Part shown: positions 1 through 10,718 of the stretch, one piece after another
Numbering within the stretch: position 1 is the first letter of the stretch
Layout: every line of letters starts with the position of its first letter
Assembly (NCBI GenBank): GCA_900551775.1
Contig: URXI01000001.1
Coordinates: forward strand, 1-51,895
Direction: 5' to 3'
From: an uncultured Eubacterium sp.
GTDB taxonomy: Bacteria > Bacillota > Clostridia > Peptostreptococcales > Anaerovoracaceae
DNA length: 51,895 bases
Program-made: the position numbers and the translations under genes
Notes under the pieces: generated by a model
The model's input: the letters and a program-made list of their open reading frames with translations, nothing else
What the model was told of the DNA's origin: nothing
Database searches by the model: none

Positions 1-61
1 GGCTCGAACCTATGACCCTCTGCTTGTAAGGCAGATGCTCTCCCAGCTGAGCTAAACGCCC
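1..61 (-). tRNA. tRNA-Val (anticodon TAC), 3' end cut by the window edge
   Basis: Reverse complement GGGCGTTTAGCTCAGCTGGGAGAGCATCTGCCTTACAAGCAGAGGGTCATAGGTTCGAGCC has a D-arm, TTACAA in the anticodon loop and a GGTTCGA T-loop. Confidence 0.96.
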
Positions 62-98
62 GCAGTGTCCGCTTCTTGAATGCTTGGCACGTTTATAA

Positions 99-225
99 AT
101 TATACAACATCTCGTTTTCTTTGTCAAGAAGTTTTTTAATTTATTTTTTCGTGTTACTTTCGTGCTCGTCTCTTGTGAAGAAGTGAGCCGAAAATTATAT
201 TACCACATCTGTAATCTTATGTCAA
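99..225 (-). promoter_or_regulatory. Tandem sigma-A promoters for the tRNA gene
   Basis: TTGACA-17-TATAAT (127..99) and TTGACA-17-TAATAT with extended TG (225..197). Confidence 0.75.
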
Positions 226-248
226 CATTTTTTTCAAATGTTTGGCAA

Positions 249-878
249 TCATTTTTTAATCTTGTCCAATCTGACAGATTCATCTATGATGACAGCCTTG
301 CCGCCTGACAAACTGGTAACCGTCTCTTTTAATGCTCCCGCACAAGATGGATCAGTAATGATCTCACAAGTTACCGTATCGGCATAAACTATATTAGCAA
401 ATTTTACATCATAAGTAAAGTAGAAATTTTGTATTTTATTAAAAACACCATAATCGACCCTATAAGTCATTACCGACAGTTCTTTGACATCGCAGGGTCC
501 GGCCGCTTGAATTCCAAGCTTTGCGCTGCTCGTATAAGCGCGCACCAACCCGCCGGTTCCCAGTTTGATCCCGCCAAAATATCTGGTGACCACCACTGCG
601 ATATTCGTAAAACCTTCCTGTACCAGCATCTGAACGATAGGCGCCCCGGAAGTACCCTGCGGCTCGCCATCATCACTTCCCCACTGCACCTGAAACTTGT
701 CTCCAATGACCATCGCCGGTACATTGTGGGTTGCGTCTTTATATTGTTTTTTGATGGCGGCGATAAATAAATCTGCCTCTTCTTTTGAAGAAACAGGCTT
801 CACATGGGCAATAAATCTCGACTTTTCTATAACCTGCTCCGCCTGTCCCTCCTCATATACTGTACTATATCGTATCAT
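249..878 (-). CDS. yigZ: YigZ/IMPACT family protein
   Basis: IEKSRFIA, ATHN, SDDGEPQGTSG and VVTRYFGGIKLGTGGLVRAY motifs. Confidence 0.93.
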   Translation of the reverse strand: MIRYSTVYEEGQAEQVIEKSRFIAHVKPVSSKEEADLFIAAIKKQYKDATHNVPAMVIGDKFQVQWGSDDGEPQGTSGAPIVQMLVQEGFTNIAVVVTRYFGGIKLGTGGLVRAYTSSAKLGIQAAGPCDVKELSVMTYRVDYGVFNKIQNFYFTYDVKFANIVYADTVTCEIITDPSCAGALKETVTSLSGGKAVIIDESVRLDKIKK

Positions 879-2145
879 ATTCCTTAAGCCTCTGATAATC
901 TTCTTGATTTAATTCGACGTCAAACAAAGTCCCCTCTTCCAGATATTCCATGGATCTGACCAGGGCCTTTTCGCACAGATAGGATGACAAATCTCCTCTC
1001 GTATAGGGAATCATCAGTTTTGCGTCCACTTTGTCAGCAAAAACAATCTCTTTGATTTTGTCAATCAGCTGATCGATATTGATATCTTCTTTAGCGGATA
1101 CAAAGAGATTGGACAGATTCGTCACCGGCGCCTGAAAATCCGGGTTCAGATCAATCTTATTAAAGACCATGACTTTTTCCTTTGCTCCCGCACCGATTTC
1201 CGACAAAACTTTGTTCGTCACCTCGATGTGAAACACATTTTCCTCGTAGGAAGCGTCTACGACATGAAGCAGCAGATCAGCATAGAGCACCTCTTCCAAG
1301 GTCGCTTTAAAGGCCTCTACCAGGCTGTGAGGCAATTTGCTGACAAATCCCACCGTGTCGATCAGAATGAATTCATGATTGGTATCCAGTTTGACGCTGC
1401 GCTGCTGTGTATCTAAGGTTGCAAAGAGCATATCCTTTTCTTTTACGGACTTTTCCGATTTGTCAGCGACAGAAAGAAGCCTGTTCATCAGAGCAGACTT
1501 CCCTGAATTGGTATATCCTACAAGCGCAACGACCGGAATGCCTGACTTCTCTCGTTTCGCACGCTGCACACTTCTCGTCTTCACCAACTGCGCAAGTTCA
1601 CTTTTGATGTCATCCATCCGCCTTTCGATATGGCGTCTATCTGTTTCAAGCTTCTTCTCACCCGGTCCTCTGGTGCCGATTCCCCCGCCAAGCCGGGAAA
1701 GAGATTTGCCAAAGCCTGTCAGTCTTGGCATTCTATATTTCAGCTGCGCAAGTTCTACTTGCAGCTTGCCTTCTCTGGAATCTGCTCTGGAAGCAAAAAT
1801 ATCCAAAATCAAAATTGTGCGGTCTATCACCCTCACATCCATTGCGTCTTCCAGATTTCGCAGCTGCATTCCCGTCAGTTCGTCGTTAAAGATCACCATA
1901 TCGGCTTCCATGTTCCTGACTAATTCTGCGACTTCTTCTACTTTGCCCTTTCCAATCAAAGTCGCCGTATTCGGCTTTTCTAAAACCTGGACGACCTTGC
2001 CCAGAACCTGGGCATTCGCTGCCTCGGCCAGCCCGGCAAGTTCTTCCATAGAATAAGAGATGTCTTCTCTTCTCTGCAGGCCGACCAAAATCGCCCTGTA
2101 TTTTTCTTCTGTTATTATTTCATTATTTTCATTAAATCTCAACAT
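865..2145 (-). CDS. hflX: GTPase HflX (start reassigned to ATG 2145)
   Basis: DRTILILDIFA, EGKLQVELAQL, GIGTRGPGEKKLETDRR, GYTNSGKS, DTVGF and NKID motifs. Confidence 0.96.
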   Translation of the reverse strand: MLRFNENNEIITEEKYRAILVGLQRREDISYSMEELAGLAEAANAQVLGKVVQVLEKPNTATLIGKGKVEEVAELVRNMEADMVIFNDELTGMQLRNLEDAMDVRVIDRTILILDIFASRADSREGKLQVELAQLKYRMPRLTGFGKSLSRLGGGIGTRGPGEKKLETDRRHIERRMDDIKSELAQLVKTRSVQRAKREKSGIPVVALVGYTNSGKSALMNRLLSVADKSEKSVKEKDMLFATLDTQQRSVKLDTNHEFILIDTVGFVSKLPHSLVEAFKATLEEVLYADLLLHVVDASYEENVFHIEVTNKVLSEIGAGAKEKVMVFNKIDLNPDFQAPVTNLSNLFVSAKEDINIDQLIDKIKEIVFADKVDAKLMIPYTRGDLSSYLCEKALVRSMEYLEEGTLFDVELNQEDYQRLKEYDTI

Positions 2146-2164
2146 GTCATTAGTATACCACAGA

Positions 2165-2836
2165 TTACTGATTGGTTGCATCCAAAATATTATCCTTAGG
2201 CACATTTACATAGCTGTCTGGTACTTCACCGACGATGACGACCTCTGAAATCAGCATCTTGTTCTTAATTTTAAAATTCTCGGCCGAAAAAGGCTGCAGC
2301 ACTCTGACATTACTTTCTATCGTTATGTAAATTTTGTATTTGGTCTGATTAATTCCCTGGCTTTCAAATTCTGTTTCAAAATCACATTTTGTAACAGATA
2401 AAGGCAGAATTTTGATGTTAATATTGAGGTGGTCTGCCTCCGACAGCAGTTTACTGCCGGCTAGGGAGCCATATGACAGCTTGATTACGCGAGGTTCTAT
2501 ACTGTCATATTTTTTCTGGAGGTTCACAGCAAATTCCGCTACCATTCTGTTGATCAGGCTGGTGTTGGACTGCACCATCTGGACTTTATCGTCCTTTCCC
2601 GACTTTACGATAAAGAGATTTTCCTCATAATCTTTACCTGAAAAATCCTCTTTGATAGTCTGGTTGATGATTTCTGTAATCATACCCTTGGCTTTCAGCT
2701 GGCTCACAGCGTCGATATTTGGCTCTATTTGGCTTTTAAATCCATTGATCAATAAAATGCATGCTACACTAAAAAGAATCAGCGAAATCGTCAATTTTTT
2801 CCAAAAAGAGAGTTTTTCATTTCTATATCGTCTCAT
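2165..2836 (-). CDS. yunB: Sporulation protein YunB (start ATG 2836 after GGAGG)
   Basis: N-terminal TM, FESQGINQTKYKIY and ISEVVIVGEVPDSY motifs. Confidence 0.88.
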   Translation of the reverse strand: MRRYRNEKLSFWKKLTISLILFSVACILLINGFKSQIEPNIDAVSQLKAKGMITEIINQTIKEDFSGKDYEENLFIVKSGKDDKVQMVQSNTSLINRMVAEFAVNLQKKYDSIEPRVIKLSYGSLAGSKLLSEADHLNINIKILPLSVTKCDFETEFESQGINQTKYKIYITIESNVRVLQPFSAENFKIKNKMLISEVVIVGEVPDSYVNVPKDNILDATNQ

Positions 2837-2882
2837 AAAAAAACCTCCTGCTATCATATTCTATGTTCAGCAGAAGGTTTTT
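2837..2882 (-). terminator. Intrinsic terminator after codY; its 3' arm contains the yunB Shine-Dalgarno
   Basis: Minus strand AAAAAACCTTCTGCT...AGCAGGAGGTTTTTTT directly followed by ATG. Confidence 0.65.
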
Positions 2883-2890
2883 GTTATCAA

Positions 2891-3670
2891 TTAAATCTCA
2901 AAATTCTTAATCGCGTCTCTCAGGAACTCGTTTGTAATCTTAATTCTCGTGCCTTTCATGCCCAGAGATCTGGATTCGATGACGCCGGCACTTTCCAGTT
3001 TACGAAGTGCATTTACGATGACTGAACGGGTGATACCGGATTTGTCAGCGATTTTGCTGGCAACCAGAAGACCTTCATCTCCCTTTAATTCAGCAAAAAT
3101 TTTCGTAACAGCATCCATTTCTGAATAGGACAGAGTGGAAAGAGCCATATCTACAGCTTCTTTCATTCTGATATCTTCTTCTTCATCCATGGCAATTCCT
3201 CTGGCCACTTCAATTCCGACTACTGTCGCACCGTATTCACAGATCGCGATATCTTCATCGTCGTAAGCTTTGTCTGCTCTGGCCAGCAAAAGCGTGGCAA
3301 TCCTGTTGCCGCCAAAGATAATCGGAACGATGGTATGGTACTTGCTCGCCATCGTATACTCATCACCGTAGTAAGCTTTGATGCTGTCATAAGTCAAATT
3401 CTCTTTGGTATCGGTAACCTGAAGGAATTTGTCGTTGTACTGCGTAGGCAGAACTACCTTTTTCGTCTCAGGATCCACGACTAAAGGAGCCTCTTCGCCT
3501 GATTCATATTTTGCCGCGAGAACCTTGCCCCTCCTGTTCATGATGTAAATGTTGGAATCCAGCATTTCACTCATAATATTACACAGCTCATCAAAAGAGA
3601 TGTAGCCAGCTGTGCTTTCAGAAAGCACCCAATTCAGCTTTCTAATTCTTGTTAATAATTTTTCACTCAT
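2891..3670 (-). CDS. codY: GTP/BCAA-sensing regulator CodY
   Basis: GAF domain plus LSYSE and ASKIADKSGITRSVIVNALRKLESAGVIESRSLGMKGT wHTH. Confidence 0.97.
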   Translation of the reverse strand: MSEKLLTRIRKLNWVLSESTAGYISFDELCNIMSEMLDSNIYIMNRRGKVLAAKYESGEEAPLVVDPETKKVVLPTQYNDKFLQVTDTKENLTYDSIKAYYGDEYTMASKYHTIVPIIFGGNRIATLLLARADKAYDDEDIAICEYGATVVGIEVARGIAMDEEEDIRMKEAVDMALSTLSYSEMDAVTKIFAELKGDEGLLVASKIADKSGITRSVIVNALRKLESAGVIESRSLGMKGTRIKITNEFLRDAIKNFEI

Positions 3671-3729
3671 ATTTTACCTCAACTTTTTAAATACTAACTA
3701 ATTCTTATTGTATAGGTGGAACAATCCGC

Positions 3730-5166
3730 CTATAAGATATATCTGTCCACATCATCTTTGTGGATAGTATCCATGAATTTGCTCTGCACGAAAGCTCTGT
3801 CAATGGTAATCTGTTCTTCTTCCATCTCAGGGATGTTGAAAGAAATATCTTCCAGCAGCTTTTCTAATATTGTATACAGTCTTCTTGCTCCAATATTTTC
3901 AGTCTGCTCATTCATAAGATACGCCATTGTAGCGATTTCGTCAATAGAATCTTCTGTAAATTCTACTTTAATTCCTTCTGTTTCCAGCAATGCAATATGC
4001 TGTTTGATGATAGCATTCTCTGGAACTGTTAGAATTTGAACAAAAGATTCCTTTGTCAAATTCTGAAGCTCAACTCTGATCGGAAAACGACCCTGCAGTT
4101 CAGGAATTAGATCGGTCGGCTTTGACGTATGGAAAGCACCTGCACCGATAAACAAAATGTGGTCGGTCTTCACAGGCCCATATTTTGTGTTGATGACACT
4201 TCCCTCTACGATCGGCAGAATATCTCTCTGTACGCCTTCTCTGGATACATCGGCGCCGGTATGGTAGCTGGAGCTGGATGCAATCTTGTCGATTTCATCG
4301 ATAAAGATGATGCCGTTCTGCTCTGCGTTTTCCAGGGCCTCGTCCGTAACTTGATCCATATCCAGCAGATTCTGAGCCTCCTGCTCCCTGAGAATCTTTC
4401 TCGCTTCTTTGACTCTGACTCTCTTGTTCTTGGTCTTCTGCGGCATCATATCGCCAAAGATATTGCCGATGGCGATGCTCATGCCCTCGTTGCTCATATC
4501 GAGCTGATTGCCTTTTGGCGTATCGTTGACTTCGATTTCAACAAATTGCTCTTCCAGCAGTCCCTGTTTCAGCTGTTGTCTGACCTGCTCTCTGGCCATC
4601 TCAATATCAGTTGGATCTACTTTCTTATCTTCTTCTTTGGCTTTGCTCTCTTCATAAAGCTTCTGGCTTGGGTAACCGCCGCTGTTCAGAATAAAGTCAA
4701 AGGGATTGCTCGGTTTGTTTTCATTTTTCTTTTTCTTGCCGCCAGGAATAATCGCTTCTATGATTTTTTCTTCTGCGATTTCTTCTGCAATATCGTATTT
4801 TTCCTGTAATCTCGATTGCTTGGTGATGCGGATCGCTGCTTCTACTAAGTCTCTGACCATGGAATCCACGTCACGTCCCACATAACCCACTTCAGTAAAT
4901 TTAGTCGCTTCTACCTTGACAAAAGGCGCTTTCATCAATTTGGCCAGACGTCTGGCAATTTCCGTTTTACCACAACCTGTAGGCCCCATCATCAAGATAT
5001 TCTTCGGTGTGATCTCTTCTCTCATCTCGTCAGAAAGAAGACTTCTCCTGTATCTGTTTCGCAGGGCGATAGCAACAGATTTCTTTGCCTCGTCCTGTCC
5101 GATAATATACTTGTCCAGTTCTGCCACAATTTCTTTTGGCGTCATACTCTGTATTTTACCTGCCAT
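3730..5166 (-). CDS. hslU: HslU/ClpY ATPase subunit
   Basis: TPKNILMMGPTGCGKTEIARR, KFTEVGYVGRDV, FIDEIDKI and ENIGARRL motifs. Confidence 0.97.
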   Translation of the reverse strand: MAGKIQSMTPKEIVAELDKYIIGQDEAKKSVAIALRNRYRRSLLSDEMREEITPKNILMMGPTGCGKTEIARRLAKLMKAPFVKVEATKFTEVGYVGRDVDSMVRDLVEAAIRITKQSRLQEKYDIAEEIAEEKIIEAIIPGGKKKKNENKPSNPFDFILNSGGYPSQKLYEESKAKEEDKKVDPTDIEMAREQVRQQLKQGLLEEQFVEIEVNDTPKGNQLDMSNEGMSIAIGNIFGDMMPQKTKNKRVRVKEARKILREQEAQNLLDMDQVTDEALENAEQNGIIFIDEIDKIASSSSYHTGADVSREGVQRDILPIVEGSVINTKYGPVKTDHILFIGAGAFHTSKPTDLIPELQGRFPIRVELQNLTKESFVQILTVPENAIIKQHIALLETEGIKVEFTEDSIDEIATMAYLMNEQTENIGARRLYTILEKLLEDISFNIPEMEEEQITIDRAFVQSKFMDTIHKDDVDRYIL

Positions 5167-5178
5167 GATTCTCCCCCC

Positions 5179-5718
5179 TTATAACTTTTCTACCGTAATG
5201 TTATCATTGGTATATACGCAGATGGAAGACGCAATTTTCAGTGATTCTCTTACGATTTCTTCTGCGCTCATCTCTGTATGATTGAATAAAGCGTTGGCCG
5301 CTGAATATGCAAAGTTTCCGCCGGAACCGATCGCTACAAAATCCTGGTCAGGAACGATGACTTCGCCATTTCCCGATACGACCAGCAGATCATTCTCGTC
5401 CACTACGATCATCAAAGCTTCCAGGCTTCTCATGCCTTTATCAGAACGCCAAAGCTGTGCGAGATCCACGGCCGCCCTTTTTAGATTGCCGCCATGCTCT
5501 TCCAATTTCTTTTCAAATTTCTCAGTCAGTGAAAAAGCGTCCGCTACAGACCCCGCAAATCCAGTCAGCACCTGATTCTTAAAGATCTTTTTTACTTTTT
5601 TTGCTCCATTTTTCATGATGGCTGTCTCACCCATGGTGACCTGTCCATCTCCGCCGATGGCGATATCGTCAGGACCTCTTCTGACAGCACATATTGTGGT
5701 TGCGTGAAATTCTACCAT
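5179..5718 (-). CDS. hslV: HslV/ClpQ protease subunit (start ATG 5718 after GGAGG)
   Basis: [27 protein letters not shown] and ICVYTN motifs. Confidence 0.96.
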   Translation of the reverse strand: MVEFHATTICAVRRGPDDIAIGGDGQVTMGETAIMKNGAKKVKKIFKNQVLTGFAGSVADAFSLTEKFEKKLEEHGGNLKRAAVDLAQLWRSDKGMRSLEALMIVVDENDLLVVSGNGEVIVPDQDFVAIGSGGNFAYSAANALFNHTEMSAEEIVRESLKIASSICVYTNDNITVEKL

Positions 5719-5746
5719 TTTCTCTACCTCCATGATTCCTTTCAGG

Positions 5747-7804
5747 CTACTCTTTGTAGTCGCATTCAGCATTTGAGCAAGCTAAATTGCCTGCCTTTGT
5801 TTTCTTTTCAATTAAAAGTGCACCGCACTTTGGACATTTCTTGTTGACCGGTTTGTACCAGAAAGACTGATCGCAATCCGGATAGCCACTGCAGCCATAA
5901 AAGAGTTTTCCTTTTTTGCTCTTTCTCGCTACAATATCTTTACCACATTTTGGACATTTTACATCAATCGTCTTCACGATCGGTTTGGTGTTTTTACATT
6001 CAGGATAACCAGAGCAGGCGATAAACTCACCAAAACGACCCATTTTCAAGACCATCGGCTTTCCGCACAACTCGCAGGTTTCTCCTGTTGGCTGGTCTTC
6101 CACGGTCACTTTTTCTATCGCGTTATCTGCAATTTCCAGTTCTTTTTCAAAGGGTTCATAAAAATCGCGGATAACCCTCTTCCATTCTAAATCCTTGATT
6201 TCAACGTCGTCCAGCCTGTCTTCCATATCAGCAGTGAAGTTCGCATCGACGATTTCTTTGAAATATTCTTCCATCAGCCCCGTAACCAGAAAACCAAGTT
6301 CTGTAGGAACCAATGACTTTTTTTCCCTTGACACATATTTTCTCTCTGACAGAGTGCCTACAATCGGTGCATAGGTACTAGGCCTGCCGATGTTCTTCTC
6401 CTCCAGCTCTTTGACCAGGCTGGCTTCGGTATATCTTGCCGGCGGCTGGGTAAAATTCTGTGCTCCGCCAAGACTCACTGCTTCCAGCAGTTCGCCCTTC
6501 TCTAAGGCAGGCAGAATCTTATCCTTATCTTCGTCTGTGCTGCTCTTGTACACCCTTTGATAACCGTCAAACAATAGTTTAGATCCGGTCGTTTTAAAAG
6601 TATAATCGCCATTTTCTATCTCTACCTGCAGATTGTCAAATTTGGCTGCTGTCATCTGGCTGGCCATGAACCGGCACCAAATCAATCTGTACAGCTTAAA
6701 CTGCTCGTTAGAAAGAGAGGCTTTGATTGATTCAGGATCCAGAGAAACGTTACTCGGCCTGATAGCTTCGTGTGCATCCTGGATGTCCTTCTTCTTATTG
6801 GAATATACGTTATGTCCCAGATATTCTTTTCCATATTGATCTGTGATAAAAGATGCCGCAGCGGCCTTGGCCTCGTCTGAAATCCTCACAGAATCAGTTC
6901 TCAGATATGTGATCAGTCCGACTGTACCTTGTCCCTTAATTTCAACACCTTCGTAAAGCTGCTGCGCGACCAGCATGGTTTTTTTAGTATTGAAGTTCAA
7001 CTTCGTTGAAGCCTCCTGCTGCATGCTGCTAGTCGTGAATGGCGCAAATGGCTTCTTGATTCGTTCTTTCTGATTCAGCGCTGCAACAGTGTAATTTCCA
7101 GCGTTAAGCTCTGCTAATATCTTGTCATTTTGTTCTTTATTCTCAACAACCAGCTTTTTCTTTTTGAACTCCATCAGCCTGGCTGTAAACTTCTTGCCTT
7201 TTTTGAATTCTGCCGTAATAGTCCAGTATTCCTTCGGGTCAAAATCGCGTATCTCTTTCTCACGGTCGCAGATAATTTTCAGTGCTGCCGACTGTACTCT
7301 TCCGGCAGAGAGGCCTTTTCTGACTTTTCTCCAAAGAAGAGGGCTGATCTGATATCCTACCAATCTGTCTAATACACGGCGTGCCTGCTGTGCATCGACC
7401 AGGTTCAAGTCAATTTTTCTCGGATGTTTGATTGCTTCTTTGATGGAACTTTTGATAATTTCGTTAAATACAATTCTGCAGGGCGTGTCTAAATCAATTC
7501 CAAGCAGATTCGCAAGATGCCACGAAATTGCTTCTCCTTCACGGTCCGGGTCAGTTGCCAGATATACTTTAGAAGCCTTCTTCGCTTCTTTTCTGAGTTC
7601 CTTGATAATATCCCCCTTGCCTCTGATGGGAATGTACTGTGGTTCAAAATCGTTTTCGATGTCGATTCCCAATTTGCTTTTGGGCAAATCCCTTACATGC
7701 CCGACAGAAGCGATGACTTTATAGTTTGCACCAAGATACTTACCAATGGTTTTGGCCTTTGATGGTGATTCCACTATGACTAATGTTTTTTTCGCTGTTG
7801 CCAT
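5747..7804 (-). CDS. topA: DNA topoisomerase I
   Basis: IVESPSKAK Toprim, [22 protein letters not shown] and C-terminal Zn ribbons. Confidence 0.98.
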   Translation of the reverse strand: MATAKKTLVIVESPSKAKTIGKYLGANYKVIASVGHVRDLPKSKLGIDIENDFEPQYIPIRGKGDIIKELRKEAKKASKVYLATDPDREGEAISWHLANLLGIDLDTPCRIVFNEIIKSSIKEAIKHPRKIDLNLVDAQQARRVLDRLVGYQISPLLWRKVRKGLSAGRVQSAALKIICDREKEIRDFDPKEYWTITAEFKKGKKFTARLMEFKKKKLVVENKEQNDKILAELNAGNYTVAALNQKERIKKPFAPFTTSSMQQEASTKLNFNTKKTMLVAQQLYEGVEIKGQGTVGLITYLRTDSVRISDEAKAAAASFITDQYGKEYLGHNVYSNKKKDIQDAHEAIRPSNVSLDPESIKASLSNEQFKLYRLIWCRFMASQMTAAKFDNLQVEIENGDYTFKTTGSKLLFDGYQRVYKSSTDEDKDKILPALEKGELLEAVSLGGAQNFTQPPARYTEASLVKELEEKNIGRPSTYAPIVGTLSERKYVSREKKSLVPTELGFLVTGLMEEYFKEIVDANFTADMEDRLDDVEIKDLEWKRVIRDFYEPFEKELEIADNAIEKVTVEDQPTGETCELCGKPMVLKMGRFGEFIACSGYPECKNTKPIVKTIDVKCPKCGKDIVARKSKKGKLFYGCSGYPDCDQSFWYKPVNKKCPKCGALLIEKKTKAGNLACSNAECDYKE

Positions 7805-7863
7805 TTTTCCTCCCGCACTCTTTCGTTATATTAATGTTACAATCCTATATTGTATTAGCATTA

Positions 7864-8718
7864 TCAGAATTTTGCAACAAAAACTTTCCCTAAAGATGAA
7901 AAAATTATTCCTTTCATTTCTAGAATTGTGATTATACCATTAATTTCCGAAGGTTTTATGTTCGTTTTGTGATATATTTCATCTATTGTGACTTCTCCGC
8001 AATTTTTAATCACTTCAAAGACCTTCCTTTCGTCCTCTCCCAGCTCCAATAGTTTCTCTTCCTTTATATAGGGAGAAATATTCAAATCCAGGAAAATATC
8101 GTCTATCAGGATGAGCGGCGTCGTGTTCTCTCGAATGAGTTTATTCGTTCCAAAACTATAATAACTGGTAATATTTCCCGGAACCGCATATAGTTTTTTC
8201 CCCTGCTCTTCTGCACATTCTGCTGTGATTAAAGCGCCGCTTCGATTGGGCGCTTCTACAACGACCACACTTTCTGCCAAAGCGCTGATCAGACGGTTTC
8301 TTTTGGGGAAGTCGTAAGATCTGGCGATATAGCCTGGTTCATGCTCAGATAAAAGCAGTCCTTCTCTAGCGATCTGCTGCTGTAGTTTCCGATTTTCCGG
8401 CGGATAAAAATGATCGGTACCGCCGCCTAAGACGGCAATGGTTTTGCCGCCCGCCTCCAACGCTCCCTGATGTCCCGCTGTATCAATTCCTTTTGCCAAG
8501 CCGCTGACCACTGCCACACCGTTTTCTGCGGCCCTCCTGCCAATGGTCTTCGCTACGGTTTTGCCATATTGCGTGCATTTTCTGCTGCCCACGACGGCAA
8601 TACACCTATTTTTCAGCAGCTCAAGATCCCCCTCAAAATATAATACACCCAGATCGGGCACGAAGTCCCTCAAAATCTGCGGAAATTTGTCGTCATCTTT
8701 TAAAAGTTTTCCTTTCAC
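7864..8718 (-). CDS. dprA: DNA processing protein DprA
   Basis: AVVGSRKCTQYG, VSGLAKGID, FPKRNRLISAL, EAPNRSGALIT and a C-terminal wHTH (LEMKG). Confidence 0.95.
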   Translation of the reverse strand: MKGKLLKDDDKFPQILRDFVPDLGVLYFEGDLELLKNRCIAVVGSRKCTQYGKTVAKTIGRRAAENGVAVVSGLAKGIDTAGHQGALEAGGKTIAVLGGGTDHFYPPENRKLQQQIAREGLLLSEHEPGYIARSYDFPKRNRLISALAESVVVVEAPNRSGALITAECAEEQGKKLYAVPGNITSYYSFGTNKLIRENTTPLILIDDIFLDLNISPYIKEEKLLELGEDERKVFEVIKNCGEVTIDEIYHKTNIKPSEINGIITILEMKGIIFSSLGKVFVAKF

Positions 8719-10235
8719 AATAGTTTCTCCCTATACTGCAGCGCTTCTGCCAGATGGCTGCTCTGAATGTCACCGCCGCCATCCAGGTCAGCGACGGTTC
8801 TTGCCAGCTTCCTGATTTTCAGAACGGTTCTCGGGTTTAGCTGAAATCTGCGGTATGCCTGTTCCAACATCCGTTTTGCATCTTGATTGAGAAAGGCGAA
8901 TTCCTCAATTAGATGATCGTCCAGCTGATGGTTCAGTGTAATATTTCTATCTATGTAGCGCCTGTATTGAATTTCCCTCGCAAATTCAATTTTTCCCTTC
9001 ATCTCTTCCGATGATTCTGAAGTCCGAGAATTGAGGTCACTGTAATCTACCGGTAAAAGTTTGATGTGCATATCAATTCGATCCATAATTGGACCTGTCA
9101 GGCGAGACTGATAGTTGATAATTTCTGCCGGGCGACACACACACTCGTGAACAGCATCGCCATAATAGCCGCATTTGCATGGGTTTGTTGCCGCGACAAG
9201 CATGAAATCCGCGGGATATACGTAGGATTCTCCTTTTCTAACGAGAGAAATCTTTTTCTTCTCTAATGGGATGCGCAAAGTATCGATGATATTCTTGTCA
9301 AATTCTCCGATTTCATCCAAAAACAGCACACCTTTATCAGCCAGTGTGATTTCTCCCGGTCTCGGAATGGGACCCCCGCCCAGAAGTCCTGCCGCTGTAA
9401 TCTTGTGATGAGGCTGCCTGAAGGGACGCCGGCAGATATAGGGCTGTCCTTCATTGAGCAGACCAGCTACTGAATAGATCATCGTCGTTTCTATAATCTC
9501 GTCGCGGCTCATCTTTGGCATGATGGACGGAATTCTCTCTGAGATCATCGTTTTTCCCGTAGAAGGACTGCCCACCATCAATATGCCATGGCCCCCTGCT
9601 ACAGCTACCGTAATTGCTCTTTTTACGTTATCCTGTCCTTTGACGTCAGCAAAATCCAACATTTCTTCTGCCTCCGTAATGACATTTGCATGCAAAGGAT
9701 CATGATCATAAGACGCTATTTCACATTTTAAATTAAAGTGATCGATGACCTCTGTGATGGATTCTACTGGTAGAAGACGAATTCCGCTCACTAGCGCCGC
9801 TTCATCCCTATTGGCTGCGGGTAAGATGACATTCTTCAGTCCCTGTTTTCTCAGAGCCATGACCATTGGAAGGATGCCATCACACGATTTTACACAACCG
9901 TCCAAGGACAGTTCTCCGATAAAGCCGTAGTCCGCCAGATCGCGTTCAAAAACCTGTTTCGAAGATGCCAGGATGCCCATCATCATTGCCAGATCAAAAT
10001 GACTCCCTCGTTTGTGCATCCCGGCAGGTGACATGTTAATCGTAATCCTGCCCATCGGATACTGCAGTCCGGAATTACAGATGGCAGCACGAATTCTCTC
10101 TCTGGCTTCTTTTACGGTCCTATCACCTAGTCCGACGATATTCATGACAGGCATCCCTTTACTGATGTCCGTTTCAACAGTAATAGGCACTGCATCGATA
10201 CCGTGTACCGCTGCCGAAATCGTTTTTGATAACAT
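8715..10235 (-). CDS. comM: YifB/ComM Mg-chelatase-like AAA+ helicase
   Basis: IVGLGDRTVKEARERI, DFADVKGQ, RPFRQPHH, FLDEIGEF and ATNPCKCGY motifs; yraN-yifB-dprA synteny. Confidence 0.93.
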   Translation of the reverse strand: MLSKTISAAVHGIDAVPITVETDISKGMPVMNIVGLGDRTVKEARERIRAAICNSGLQYPMGRITINMSPAGMHKRGSHFDLAMMMGILASSKQVFERDLADYGFIGELSLDGCVKSCDGILPMVMALRKQGLKNVILPAANRDEAALVSGIRLLPVESITEVIDHFNLKCEIASYDHDPLHANVITEAEEMLDFADVKGQDNVKRAITVAVAGGHGILMVGSPSTGKTMISERIPSIMPKMSRDEIIETTMIYSVAGLLNEGQPYICRRPFRQPHHKITAAGLLGGGPIPRPGEITLADKGVLFLDEIGEFDKNIIDTLRIPLEKKKISLVRKGESYVYPADFMLVAATNPCKCGYYGDAVHECVCRPAEIINYQSRLTGPIMDRIDMHIKLLPVDYSDLNSRTSESSEEMKGKIEFAREIQYRRYIDRNITLNHQLDDHLIEEFAFLNQDAKRMLEQAYRRFQLNPRTVLKIRKLARTVADLDGGGDIQSSHLAEALQYREKLL

Positions 10236-10247
10236 TCTGTGCTCCTC

Positions 10248-10598
10248 TCAAAATGCATTTTTAATTTGATTAAACAAAATTTCTATCACCTGAAAGCTGA
10301 TAAAACTGTCGTTTCTTTTGTGGGATTTGAGATAACATGTGGCGGCATTTCTTATGTGTCTCTGTTTTTCAGGTGTTACCGATTCTGCCGGCATACCAAA
10401 TTTTGCAGACTGCCTGGTCTTCACTTCTACAAAGATCAGTTCGTCGCATTTCTCTGCAATGATATCGATTTCGCCCATTTTACATCGGTACTTTCGTTCC
10501 AATATCTTACAGCCTTGCATGGTCAGAATTTTAACAGCAAAGTCTTCTCCAGCATCCCCGATTGGTTTTCTATCATACATCTTCTTCCGCTTCTCCAT
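10248..10598 (-). CDS. yraN: YraN family (UPF0102) PD-(D/E)XK nuclease-like protein
   Basis: GDAGED, GEIDIIA and FVEVKTR motifs; start could be the second Met. Confidence 0.92.
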   Translation of the reverse strand: MEKRKKMYDRKPIGDAGEDFAVKILTMQGCKILERKYRCKMGEIDIIAEKCDELIFVEVKTRQSAKFGMPAESVTPEKQRHIRNAATCYLKSHKRNDSFISFQVIEILFNQIKNAF

Positions 10599-10718
10599 TT
10601 GTAAATTATTTCTATTTTTATATATAATTTACTACATTTTACATTATATGTCAATACTTTGACGGCAAAAAAACAGGAATCACCAAAAGTGACTCCTGCC
10701 CGGGGTCTGCTTTACATA

